Shown: positions 48,211 to 57,136 of the stretch, one piece after another | How positions within the stretch are numbered: position 1 is the stretch's first letter | Layout of the letters: every line of letters begins with the position of its first letter | Position numbers and translations under genes: made by a program | Notes under the pieces: generated by a model | Seen by the model: the letters and a program-made list of their open reading frames with translations, nothing else | What the model was told of the DNA's origin: nothing | The model's database searches: none | Assembly (NCBI GenBank): GCA_011364925.1 | Contig: RDOA01000013.1 | Span: 1-64,000 of the forward strand | DNA length: 64,000 nt | DNA from: Promethearchaeota archaeon | Lineage (GTDB): Archaea; Asgardarchaeota; Lokiarchaeia; Sigyniarchaeales; SOKP01 | Direction of reading: 5' to 3'

Positions 48211-48906
48211 TTATTTTTGAATATTCGTAATTACTCCTTTATCCATTTTAATAATTTTACTAGCGTATGAAGATAAGGAACCTCTGTGGGTTACTACTAT
48301 TATTGTTGTTTCCATATCCTTATTGATTTTCTTAAGAAGGTCCATAACTTGTTTTTCTGATTCAGGATCAAGATTTCCCGTTGGTTCATCGGCTAAAATT
48401 ACTCTCGGACGATGGATGATAGCCCTTGCAAGACCACACCTTTGTTTTTCACCACCAGACATTTGCACTGGGTAATGATCTTTTCTTTCGAGTAAGTTCA
48501 CATCTCTCAGTGCCGCTATTGCTCTGTTTTCTATCTCTTTTTCTCTTAGAACGGTCGGCCATAACAAAGCCTCTATGTTCTCAATAGCAGTCAAAGTTGG
48601 AATTAGATTAAAATCTTGAAATACGAATCCTATTTTTTGTCTTCTCAGCTTACTCAATCTCGCTTCTTGAGCTCTGGCAATATTTTCTCCGTCAAATATT
48701 ATTTTCCCTGAATCTGGTAAGTCGATACCGCTAAGCACGTTAAGAAGGGTACTTTTTCCGCAACCTGTGGGACCTTGTACTAACACAAATTCTCCAGATT
48801 TAATCGTTAGGTTAATATCACCTAACGCTCGAATAATAGCACCTGCTCTTCTGTATTCCTTATTTACATCGATAGCCTCAATCATAGTATCTTTATCTAC
48901 TGGCAT
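48211..48906 (-). CDS. ABC ATP-binding protein, LolD/MacB type
   Basis: GPTGCGKST, 'IGFVFQDFNL', MSGGEKQR, 'LADEPTGNLD', 'VTH'. Confidence 0.93.
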   Translation of the reverse strand: MPVDKDTMIEAIDVNKEYRRAGAIIRALGDINLTIKSGEFVLVQGPTGCGKSTLLNVLSGIDLPDSGKIIFDGENIARAQEARLSKLRRQKIGFVFQDFNLIPTLTAIENIEALLWPTVLREKEIENRAIAALRDVNLLERKDHYPVQMSGGEKQRCGLARAIIHRPRVILADEPTGNLDPESEKQVMDLLKKINKDMETTIIVVTHRGSLSSYASKIIKMDKGVITNIQK

Positions 48907-48918
48907 ATTCTTCCCTTC

Positions 48919-49494
48919 TTATTCACCTACTCTTTTTAATGCAATAATTGGCCTGACTTTCAAAACTTTTCTATTTGCTAAAAGAATCGCAATAATTTGA
49001 AAGGTTAGAAAAATTAAAAAAGTCGCAAAAACCGGCAAAAGGCTGACTAAAGGTAATATCAACGGAGAGATCATATAACCGGGGTTGAGTTCAGCAGTTG
49101 CAGCTTCAAGATAACCCACAATAGCTGCGTAATGGAATAGAACTTCAATCACTATTATAAAACCAATTATAGTTGTGAACAAAATGAATCCAGAGATTAA
49201 GGAGTTAAGGTCTCTATTCGTCCATCCGATGCATTTCAATGTTGCAATTGTTTTAGAATTGCGTCTAACTATTATCCAAGAATATAATAATGACAAAAAT
49301 ATACCCACACCTAGAGCAATAAAAAAACTAGTGCTCGCAATACCAGAACCCGGTTGAGCCAAAACTAACTTAATTGAATAACTCGTCCAAAATATCAATA
49401 TAGTGTACATTAAACAAAATACAGTAAATTGCTTTTTCTCCCGTAATACCATTAAAATTGATTTCTTAAACAATCTAAAAGCCACAAAATTCAC
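48919..49494 (-). CDS. FtsX/MacB-type ABC permease (short)
   Basis: 'RRNSKTIATLKCIGWT', C-terminal 'RPIIALK'; adjacent to the LolD-type ATPase. Confidence 0.8.
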   Translation of the reverse strand: MNFVAFRLFKKSILMVLREKKQFTVFCLMYTILIFWTSYSIKLVLAQPGSGIASTSFFIALGVGIFLSLLYSWIIVRRNSKTIATLKCIGWTNRDLNSLISGFILFTTIIGFIIVIEVLFHYAAIVGYLEAATAELNPGYMISPLILPLVSLLPVFATFLIFLTFQIIAILLANRKVLKVRPIIALKRVGE

Positions 49495-49573
49495 CGTTTA
49501 ATAAAAATTAATTTTTTAAATAAATTCTTTTATAAGAAGATATAATAAAATCAGAATAAAAATTTTAGTAATA

Positions 49574-49978
49574 ATGTCAGCAGAAATTGAAGCTATTATT
49601 GATGAGTTGCTCTCTGAAGAACAAAATGTTTTTGGAGTTGCGATTATTAACAAATCTGGTTCTCTTCTTACACAAACTCAGAACTGGAACCTTAGCAACG
49701 ATTTAGACCAGATTAACAAATTACTTAATACTCAGCTCGCTCTAGGGCAAAAAGGTATGTCAAGCATAACAATTCAAGGAATTAAATTCATGATGGTTGA
49801 AAATACTGAAGAAAGAAAGATTGGCACGAATATTACGGGTAAAGGGCACATTATTATTGCCCCGATTCCTATAGGCGGTACTGGTGCGTTAGTTTGCTAC
49901 ATTAACCCCCAAGTCGGTCCCCGAGACGCTCTGTTTACCGTTCAATCTTACGCTTTAAAATTACAAAACTTAGTTTAA
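49574..49978 (+). CDS. Profilin (Loki-type)
   Basis: 'GVAII...G....QT.NW', 'SITIQGIKF..VENTEERKIGTNITGKGH....PIPIGG.GAL..Y.NP..GPRD' match my recollection of characterised Loki profilin. Confidence 0.92.
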   Translation: MSAEIEAIIDELLSEEQNVFGVAIINKSGSLLTQTQNWNLSNDLDQINKLLNTQLALGQKGMSSITIQGIKFMMVENTEERKIGTNITGKGHIIIAPIPIGGTGALVCYINPQVGPRDALFTVQSYALKLQNLV

Positions 49979-50101
49979 ATTTTTCTCCTTTTTTTAAATT
50001 GAATTAGTTAGTATCTTCATTAGCCTTTTAAAAATAAGATTTAAATAACAAAATATAATCCATAAATTAATAAAAATTTATTTCATAAAAGAGGGATTGA
50101 A

Positions 50102-50470
50102 ATGCTAAATCAGTTGACCGTTATAGGGTTTTTAATAACTTATTTACCAACTATAGCGTTTCTTACATTCGATATAATCATATTAGTCTTTGGAATTCTT
50201 ATATTCAAAAAAAATTCTTATAGATACGGAATTCTTCTTATGTTTTCCTCCATTCTATCAATAGTCTACTATATACTCTACTTTTCTATTCAATATCCAG
50301 TGTTAATTTATCTGTTAGTTGACGATTTAGGCTTATCTTATAGTCTTGCTAGCATGATAATGATGATTTGGGGCGTTGTATTTACGATTTTAAACCTAAC
50401 CAGTGCATTACTACTAGTCATTTCAGTTTATCTGATATACAAAACTCATAAAGTAGAAAGAAGTAGTTAA
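50102..50470 (+). CDS. Small membrane protein (3 TM)
   Basis: Three hydrophobic segments. Confidence 0.7.
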   Translation: MLNQLTVIGFLITYLPTIAFLTFDIIILVFGILIFKKNSYRYGILLMFSSILSIVYYILYFSIQYPVLIYLLVDDLGLSYSLASMIMMIWGVVFTILNLTSALLLVISVYLIYKTHKVERSS

Positions 50471-50527
50471 AATCAATAACTTCAACAAAATTAAAAAAAA
50501 TTTTTATTTTATTCTTTAATCAAATCG

Positions 50528-51625
50528 TTAAAAGCTTCCCCAATAAGGATTTAATAAGCTCTTAAGGATTGTCTTTATTTTTTCTAACTCGTTGCGCTTA
50601 GAATCATTTAGAAATGACAGATTGTCCTCAAATTCGGGAGGATCATAGCGTTCATTTAGTAAAGCCTTAATTATAGCTTCGATACAATAAGGTAAGCCAA
50701 TTATATCGTATCCTCCTTCTAAAATAAATGCAATTTTACCTTCACATAGGTTTTCAGCAATTCTCATAATCTTCTTTGCAAATTGGAAGTAAGTAATACT
50801 AGTTAACAAGCAATTACCGATAGGATCAGCATAATACATGTCAAATCCAGCAGCAACAATGATTAATGCGGGTTTGAATTTTTTAAGAATGGGATCGATT
50901 AATTCTAGACAATATAAAAAATCATCATTTGTAATTCCTTCTGGCACTGGAAAATTAATATTTTTTCCAATCCCTTCATCAATTCCAAGTTCATTCATCA
51001 AACCTAAATCTCCTTCAGTGAAATCGAACTCGTGGATAGAAAAGTAAAGAACGGTTGGATCATCGTAGAAATATTGAGCTAAACCATCACCAAAGTGGTT
51101 ATCAATGTCAATTATTGCTATATTTTCGTGAAAATCCAATTTTTCTCTTAAATAAAGAATGGAGTTAGCAATATTATTGAATATACAAAGACCAGAAGCT
51201 TTTTCTCTAATCGCGTGGTGCCCTGGAGGTCTAATCAAAGCAAGCGATTGTGAGTACTTATTCCCTATAACACCCTCAATAGCTTCTATAGCGCCACCGA
51301 TTGCTTTTTTTGCAAGATTGAAGGTGTCTTCCGTGAGAAATACCTCGTCATCGAGTAAACCACCACCCATTTTAGAAATTCGCTTAATCGTTTCGATATG
51401 GTATTTAGAATGAGCTAATTCTAAAGTTGCCTCTAAAATTTCTTTAGGTTTTACATTAACAATACGCTTATGAGAGAAAATTTGAATCCTTTCAAGGTGA
51501 TTTAGAATCGCTTTTATCCTCAGAGGATTTTCAAAGGAGATAAAAGATGGTTTTGGATACGGAGGGATATGTCCAGATGTGAAATCATCGTCCACGATTA
51601 TTCCGATTGGTTTTTCTACTATCAT
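50528..51625 (-). CDS. Histone deacetylase (Zn-dependent, class II-like) family protein
   Basis: 'ENP.R', 'RPPGHHA...GLCIFNN.A', 'DIDNHFGDG', 'GFD...DP.G', 'LEGGY'. Confidence 0.92.
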   Translation of the reverse strand: MIVEKPIGIIVDDDFTSGHIPPYPKPSFISFENPLRIKAILNHLERIQIFSHKRIVNVKPKEILEATLELAHSKYHIETIKRISKMGGGLLDDEVFLTEDTFNLAKKAIGGAIEAIEGVIGNKYSQSLALIRPPGHHAIREKASGLCIFNNIANSILYLREKLDFHENIAIIDIDNHFGDGLAQYFYDDPTVLYFSIHEFDFTEGDLGLMNELGIDEGIGKNINFPVPEGITNDDFLYCLELIDPILKKFKPALIIVAAGFDMYYADPIGNCLLTSITYFQFAKKIMRIAENLCEGKIAFILEGGYDIIGLPYCIEAIIKALLNERYDPPEFEDNLSFLNDSKRNELEKIKTILKSLLNPYWGSF

Positions 51626-51715
51626 ATCAAAAATTACACCATTAGAATAACTAGCTTCTTATAGTTATATTTGCATACTAATATTAAAAAATAATATCAA
51701 TTTACCCAAAAAGGT

Positions 51716-53947
51716 TTGAGTTTTGAAATGGATGTTATTGAAATTGTAGCATTATATTTACTAAACGCTCTCCCTATTATTTTATTAGGAATACCCTATT
51801 TTTTCATAAGAAAAAAACTTGCTGGAAAGATCTACTTAAGAGTAATGCTAGGAGTTATGGTGTTTTATGTTGTCTATTGGATCTTGCCAATAATATTTCA
51901 ACTGGGAAGCACTCCAATAGAATTAGAAATACAAGCTGGAGACGATATTGGATTAGGAATTGGTTACATTGTCGCTCATATTGGCTCGCTTCTCTCACTC
52001 TTTGCGTATTATCCACTCGTAACTCTACCATTTATCTTCTTTGTAGCACCTTTTATCGCTATCATTTATGTGCGAAATCGGCTTAGAAAAGAAATAGGGA
52101 CTAAAAGCGAAAAATTGAAGAGTTTAACTTATCATGTCGTTGATAGCCCCTACAAGCGCGTTAGGACCGATTTATTCAAAAATGATTGGTCTCGAGAAAA
52201 AGACATTATGAAATTGCTCATCGTGTTGTTGCCAATATCTCTCTACTTATTACAGGTAATCCTGAAGATACTTCAAATCAAATCAGTATCAATTACAACC
52301 GGAGAAACTGCCTTAGGATGGTTTATCGAAATCTTATTTGTTTACCTTGCGACGTTCATCTTTAGTTTGGAACTTCTTTTTAGCTCGCAAATCGCACTCA
52401 GAGGAAGGTATTTTGGAGAAAATATCAGACAACAGACGTACAAAAGTCTATACACAGTTGGGGCACCAATTTCAATCTTATCTATCATATTATTTCTTGT
52501 CGAGGATATTGGCTCTTTCAATTTAATCCTTTATTTCTTTGCTTATTTTATTATGGCTTCAATTATATTCGTGTTGTTTCTTAAAATTTTTGAACCAATT
52601 TCTTTGTTAATATTTATCAAAATTATTGATTGGTGGAAAAATAAGAAAGAAAAAAGGAAGAAAATGAATAGATCTAACATCTATTACGGAATTGTGTTTG
52701 CATGTTTGGCGGTTTTCGTATTTTTCATCATTAATAACTTCGTTTTTGGTCTAACTATCCAATCAATCTTTGCTGATCCTAATAGCATTACTAACTCAGC
52801 TAATTTTGCTGTGAGTGGAACAGTCTATTTATACGAAAGTCTTGGATTTGACCTTTTAAACATTTTAAGTTTTGTAGCTTTAGTGGTCGTATCTTTGTTC
52901 GTAGCTGTGCTTTTCTTAAACTTTAGCTTGAAATACATGAAAAGTACATTTCTAAGTATTACAACATACATGCCTATCCTAATCGTCTTGTCGGTAGTGT
53001 TTGTAACAATAGGTATAAACGCAATAATAAATTTTTCCCCTGAAATTTATTGGATTACAGGACAAACGAGTTTTACTCCTATTTTTGGTTTTAATTTTTA
53101 CACATTAAGGACTGCTGCATTCGATGCTGAGTTAACAGGAGTTTTATATATTCTAGCGATTCCTTATCAAACTACACAATATATTTTTAATATAATATTC
53201 TGGAGCTTAGTTATATTCTACATGAAAAAGAACTTCAAAGCCAAAAATATACCTATTGATGAAAAACACTTAGAAAAGGTCATTTTTTCTTCCGTCCCAG
53301 AATTCCCATCTTACGATGAATATGCGAAAATCAAAACGCGTTATTTAATCATACGAAGCGAGGATATAGATTTAAAGGACTTCGAACAAGAACGAGAAGA
53401 AGTGAAGGCCCTGGTAAAAGAATTAGAAACAGAGCAAATGCTAGATAAATTAAAACCAGATGAAGAAAAGGAAATGCAAAGATTTTACTTTACTCTTAAA
53501 TACTTGTACAATAACGGCTTGATCGATGTTTTAAAACAAGAATTTAGCTATATTTTCGAAAAAGCAGAAAAACAAGGATTATACATCATATACGACGATG
53601 GTCGAGGCATTTTTGATTACAACTTTTCTAAAGAATTTCAACACGATCCTGGAATCATATCTGGTATGTTTTCAGCAATTACTTCTTTCATAAAAGAAAC
53701 TACCAAATCTCAAGAACTCCTAAAAACCATAGACCACGGAGATATAACTATTCTTATAGAGTACGGAAAACGCATTTTTGGTGCGTTATTTATTAAAGGT
53801 AAACAGACTTCTGAGGTTCGATCTTCCTTAAAAGAACTTGTTACCAGATTTGAAGCTAAATATGAAGATGTTTTAGCTGATTGGAGCGGTGCTCTCATAT
53901 ATTTTAAAGAAGACAACAAGTTAGTTGAAAGTATATTTAAAGATTAA
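51716..53947 (+). CDS. Polytopic membrane protein with C-terminal cytoplasmic longin-like domain
   Basis: About 11-12 hydrophobic segments in the first ~500 aa; C-terminus 'LYIIYDDGR.IF.YNF...DPGIISGMFSAITSFIKET...LKTIDHGD..ILIEYG...F...Y...L.DWSG....F'. Confidence 0.8.
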   Translation: MSFEMDVIEIVALYLLNALPIILLGIPYFFIRKKLAGKIYLRVMLGVMVFYVVYWILPIIFQLGSTPIELEIQAGDDIGLGIGYIVAHIGSLLSLFAYYPLVTLPFIFFVAPFIAIIYVRNRLRKEIGTKSEKLKSLTYHVVDSPYKRVRTDLFKNDWSREKDIMKLLIVLLPISLYLLQVILKILQIKSVSITTGETALGWFIEILFVYLATFIFSLELLFSSQIALRGRYFGENIRQQTYKSLYTVGAPISILSIILFLVEDIGSFNLILYFFAYFIMASIIFVLFLKIFEPISLLIFIKIIDWWKNKKEKRKKMNRSNIYYGIVFACLAVFVFFIINNFVFGLTIQSIFADPNSITNSANFAVSGTVYLYESLGFDLLNILSFVALVVVSLFVAVLFLNFSLKYMKSTFLSITTYMPILIVLSVVFVTIGINAIINFSPEIYWITGQTSFTPIFGFNFYTLRTAAFDAELTGVLYILAIPYQTTQYIFNIIFWSLVIFYMKKNFKAKNIPIDEKHLEKVIFSSVPEFPSYDEYAKIKTRYLIIRSEDIDLKDFEQEREEVKALVKELETEQMLDKLKPDEEKEMQRFYFTLKYLYNNGLIDVLKQEFSYIFEKAEKQGLYIIYDDGRGIFDYNFSKEFQHDPGIISGMFSAITSFIKETTKSQELLKTIDHGDITILIEYGKRIFGALFIKGKQTSEVRSSLKELVTRFEAKYEDVLADWSGALIYFKEDNKLVESIFKD

Positions 53948-53950
53948 TTC

Positions 53951-53975
53951 AATTTTTTCTTTTTTCTTTTCTCTC
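53951..53975 (+). terminator. Oligo-pyrimidine (U-tract) terminator-like sequence
   Basis: TTTTTTCTTTTTTCTTTTCTCTC immediately after the stop at 53947. Confidence 0.45.
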
Positions 53976-54004
53976 AACATTCCCTAAGAAGGAGTAAATT
54001 TATT

Positions 54005-54601
54005 CTACTTTTTTCTTTCTTTATCCTTTTGAATCGCTTCCATTAAGCGTTTAACCTCGTAAGAATCAGGATATCTCTCAAAGATTTTTTCACAGCACTC
54101 AATTCCTAAATCATATTCTCCAAGTTCTTTATATGCAATCCCTAAATTGTACCAAGTTTCATATTTATCGGGTTTTATTTCCAGAGCTTTCTTCCAACAT
54201 TCAATAGCCTGTTCTATATCTCCCTTTCCATTATACGCATTAGCCATATTATTCCACACTTCGTGGTCATTTGGAGCCAGTTCCACCGCTTTTTTGTAAC
54301 TTTCAATTGCATTATCGTATTCCTTAAATTCTCTATAAGCGTTGCCCATGTTGTACAACACATCAACATCGTTTGGTTTAAGCTCCAATGCTTTCTTCCA
54401 ACAATCAATTGCTTTTTCAAGATTACCCTTCCCTAGGTGATAAACATTTCCCAAATTATACCACCCTTCAAAGTGGTTAGGGTTCAACTCCACTGTTTTT
54501 GTCCAACATTCAATTGCTCCATCAGCGTCACCCTCTTGACCGTAGTCTAAGCCCTTTTGATAAAATTCTTCTGCTTTCTTTGTTGTCTCTTTATCAACCA
54601 T
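54005..54601 (-). CDS. TPR-repeat protein
   Basis: Five canonical 34-aa TPRs (WYNLG...A..C..KA.EL.P). Confidence 0.92.
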   Translation of the reverse strand: MVDKETTKKAEEFYQKGLDYGQEGDADGAIECWTKTVELNPNHFEGWYNLGNVYHLGKGNLEKAIDCWKKALELKPNDVDVLYNMGNAYREFKEYDNAIESYKKAVELAPNDHEVWNNMANAYNGKGDIEQAIECWKKALEIKPDKYETWYNLGIAYKELGEYDLGIECCEKIFERYPDSYEVKRLMEAIQKDKERKK

Positions 54602-54733
54602 TCTTTTCGAACTTCATCTAATATTCCTAATAATTAATTATAGGTATTGATATTAGGACTTATAAAGGTTACATGAAAAAAATAAAGGAATCTCTATTGT
54701 CAGAACTTTTAGATTTGCAAATTTTCAGATTTT

Positions 54734-55033
54734 CTAATCCTGAGATTTTCGTTCTTCTCTCTTTTTCGAAAGGACTATTTTATAATAATTGAGGAAAGAA
54801 ACTACAATTAAACCTACACCAAAAAAAGCTAAGAGCATTAAGCCATTAAAAGATAAAAAGACCACGCTTTCACCACGATCGATCACTGACAAATCCGATC
54901 CTACTCCGTATCGTAAATAGTTGTAAAAACTGTTCCAAGCCAATATTGCCCACATTAAAATTGGTAATGAAATAGCACTCATTATTATCCCTATCCCGCC
55001 TATTTTCCAATCAAAATCAGTCCAAAAACTCAT
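54734..55033 (-). CDS. Small membrane protein (2 TM)
   Basis: Two hydrophobic segments and a basic tail. Confidence 0.6.
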   Translation of the reverse strand: MSFWTDFDWKIGGIGIIMSAISLPILMWAILAWNSFYNYLRYGVGSDLSVIDRGESVVFLSFNGLMLLAFFGVGLIVVSFLNYYKIVLSKKREERKSQD

Positions 55034-55102
55034 CCGATTTCATCTTTTCAGCGATTCAAATTCTATTAGTTTATAGAAGATAAGAAGGAAAAAAAAATAT
55101 TT

Positions 55103-55990
55103 CTAAATATATGCTTTATCAGTATTTTTAACTATTGCTCCTACGACCTGAGGCCAAGTCTCACGAGGTAAACTATGGCCCATGCCCTCAATGATTAACA
55201 ATTCTGCTTCAGGAATTGAAGCTGCTGTTTCCTTGCCACCTTCAACCGGAACTAAAGGATCATCACCTCCATGAATTACAAGCGTAGGAACTTTTATCGA
55301 GCTAAGTTTCGGCACGCGGTTTTCAGCACCTAATATTGCAAACAATTGACGCGACATACCTTGTGGATAAAATGAGCGGTCATACAAAGTAGCCGCTTGC
55401 TCCCGAAATTCTTCTTCAGGATAAGGAAAACCTGACCCATAAAGAATTCGCCAACGTTTTACTGATTCTTCAATATATGCATTACGTTCGGTTGGTGCAG
55501 GTTTTAATAGAGTCTGCATAGCTTCTGGCCTAGCTTGAGGCAGGTTAGGATTTCCAGTTGTACTCATAATTGAAGTTAAACTCAGAACACGGTCTGGATG
55601 GCGAAACGCAATTATTTGAACAATCATACCCCCCATTGACGCACCACAAATATGAGCCTTCTCTATATTTAGGGCATCTAAGAGACCAACTGCATCATCA
55701 GCCATATCCTCTACTGTGTATGGAGGGAATATTGGGTTTCCTCGCATGCGTGCCATATATTCTTTCATAATATCTGGTACACCAACCTCCTCGAATTTAG
55801 TAGATAAGCCTATATCTCGATTATCAAATCGAATAACGTAAAATCCCCTATCTACAAACATCTTACAAAGACCCTCGTGCCACCTAAGCATTTGAGCTCC
55901 TAAACCCATTACCAAAAGTAAGGGTTTTGCTGAGGGATCCCCGAATGTATCATACTCTAATTCAATATTGTTAGCTTTCGCTTTTGGCAT
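55103..55990 (-). CDS. Alpha/beta hydrolase
   Basis: 'LLLVMGLGAQ', 'FDNRD.G.S', nucleophile GASMGG, 'HG.DDPLVP', 'GMGH'. Confidence 0.93.
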   Translation of the reverse strand: MPKAKANNIELEYDTFGDPSAKPLLLVMGLGAQMLRWHEGLCKMFVDRGFYVIRFDNRDIGLSTKFEEVGVPDIMKEYMARMRGNPIFPPYTVEDMADDAVGLLDALNIEKAHICGASMGGMIVQIIAFRHPDRVLSLTSIMSTTGNPNLPQARPEAMQTLLKPAPTERNAYIEESVKRWRILYGSGFPYPEEEFREQAATLYDRSFYPQGMSRQLFAILGAENRVPKLSSIKVPTLVIHGGDDPLVPVEGGKETAASIPEAELLIIEGMGHSLPRETWPQVVGAIVKNTDKAYI

Positions 55991-56169
55991 TAATATTACC
56001 TTTATCGATTTTATTCTTATAATAAATTATATATAGATCAGTATTGCTTTCATCATTTTTAACAATTATTTTCTAAAAATTTTCTTCAGAAGAATGACTT
56101 CTGAGAAGAATAGAATTTAAAAAGAAGTTGAATAGATGAAATATGTTTTTGAATGTAATAATCAATAAC

Positions 56170-56280
56170 CTATTTCATACTTTCTTCGCAACAAAACTTA
56201 AGATACTGAAGTTCGTGTGAATTGAACTTTGATCGTGCTTTTAAAGCTTTAAATTCTGATTTTTCCATAAGATTTGCCAT
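56170..56280 (-). CDS. Possible 36-aa small protein
   Basis: Own translation MANLMEKSEFKALKARSKFNSHELQYLKFCCEESMK*; GGAGG at 56281-56285. Confidence 0.3.
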   Translation of the reverse strand: MANLMEKSEFKALKARSKFNSHELQYLKFCCEESMK

Positions 56281-56598
56281 CCTCCATTTATTTTTTTTTC
56301 ATATTTCTTTGTCCTTAATTAAATTAGGAGTAGAATACATATTTAGTTATCAAAACTAAACTAATAATGAACTCTTAAACAATTAGTAAAGTAAATTAAA
56401 AACAACCAAAATTGTTAGTAATTCAGAAAAATAGAAAGAAAAAAAAAATAACCAGAAGAGGAATTCATTTTTTCATTTTTGCTCAAACTTCTTAAATAGA
56501 AGCTCCTTCTTTCCGCAACAGTTCAAAAAGCTCCTCTTTTAAGCTCAGAAATGATGGAATGTTCCAAGATGCTATTTCTGGGTAAAAGGAAATAAAAT

Positions 56599-56988
56599 TT
56601 AAAACTTAAATTTAGTAAACTCTTCTTGTTTCTTCATCCATTTTTTAATTGAATTTATTGTCCTACTGCAATCAAAATAATTAAAATTATTATTGGATTT
56701 GTCCTTTCCTGAAACGAACTTAACATTATACATCCCTGGAATTTTTTGATAAGCAAACCGGCAACTGTTCCTTTCCGCTTCTTTCACAATTTCTAAAGCT
56801 AATTTATATATTCCTTCCGAAAAATAAAACTCACAGGGTACAACGGTTTCATTAAAGAGTTCAGCTGCTTGGACCCACGTAGGATCTTGGTACTCGTTCA
56901 TATTGGATTCTAACAAATGCCTTACTTTTTGTTCAATAAAGTTTTGGATACGACCTCTAGCATCAATTTTATGATCAGTTCCCGCCAT
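56599..56988 (-). CDS. Hypothetical protein
   Basis: 129-aa ORF with ATG start and ordinary composition. Confidence 0.65.
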   Translation of the reverse strand: MAGTDHKIDARGRIQNFIEQKVRHLLESNMNEYQDPTWVQAAELFNETVVPCEFYFSEGIYKLALEIVKEAERNSCRFAYQKIPGMYNVKFVSGKDKSNNNFNYFDCSRTINSIKKWMKKQEEFTKFKF

Positions 56989-57136
56989 TTTTAATTATTA
57001 CTTCTTTTAATTGTTTGATTTAATTACTATTTATTTCTTTATTTTTAAAGAGAAAAATCTCAAGATATTTATGATTTTAGAGATATAAAAATTTAAAAGA
57101 AAAATAGAAAGAAATAAAAAATAAAACTAATAGTTA

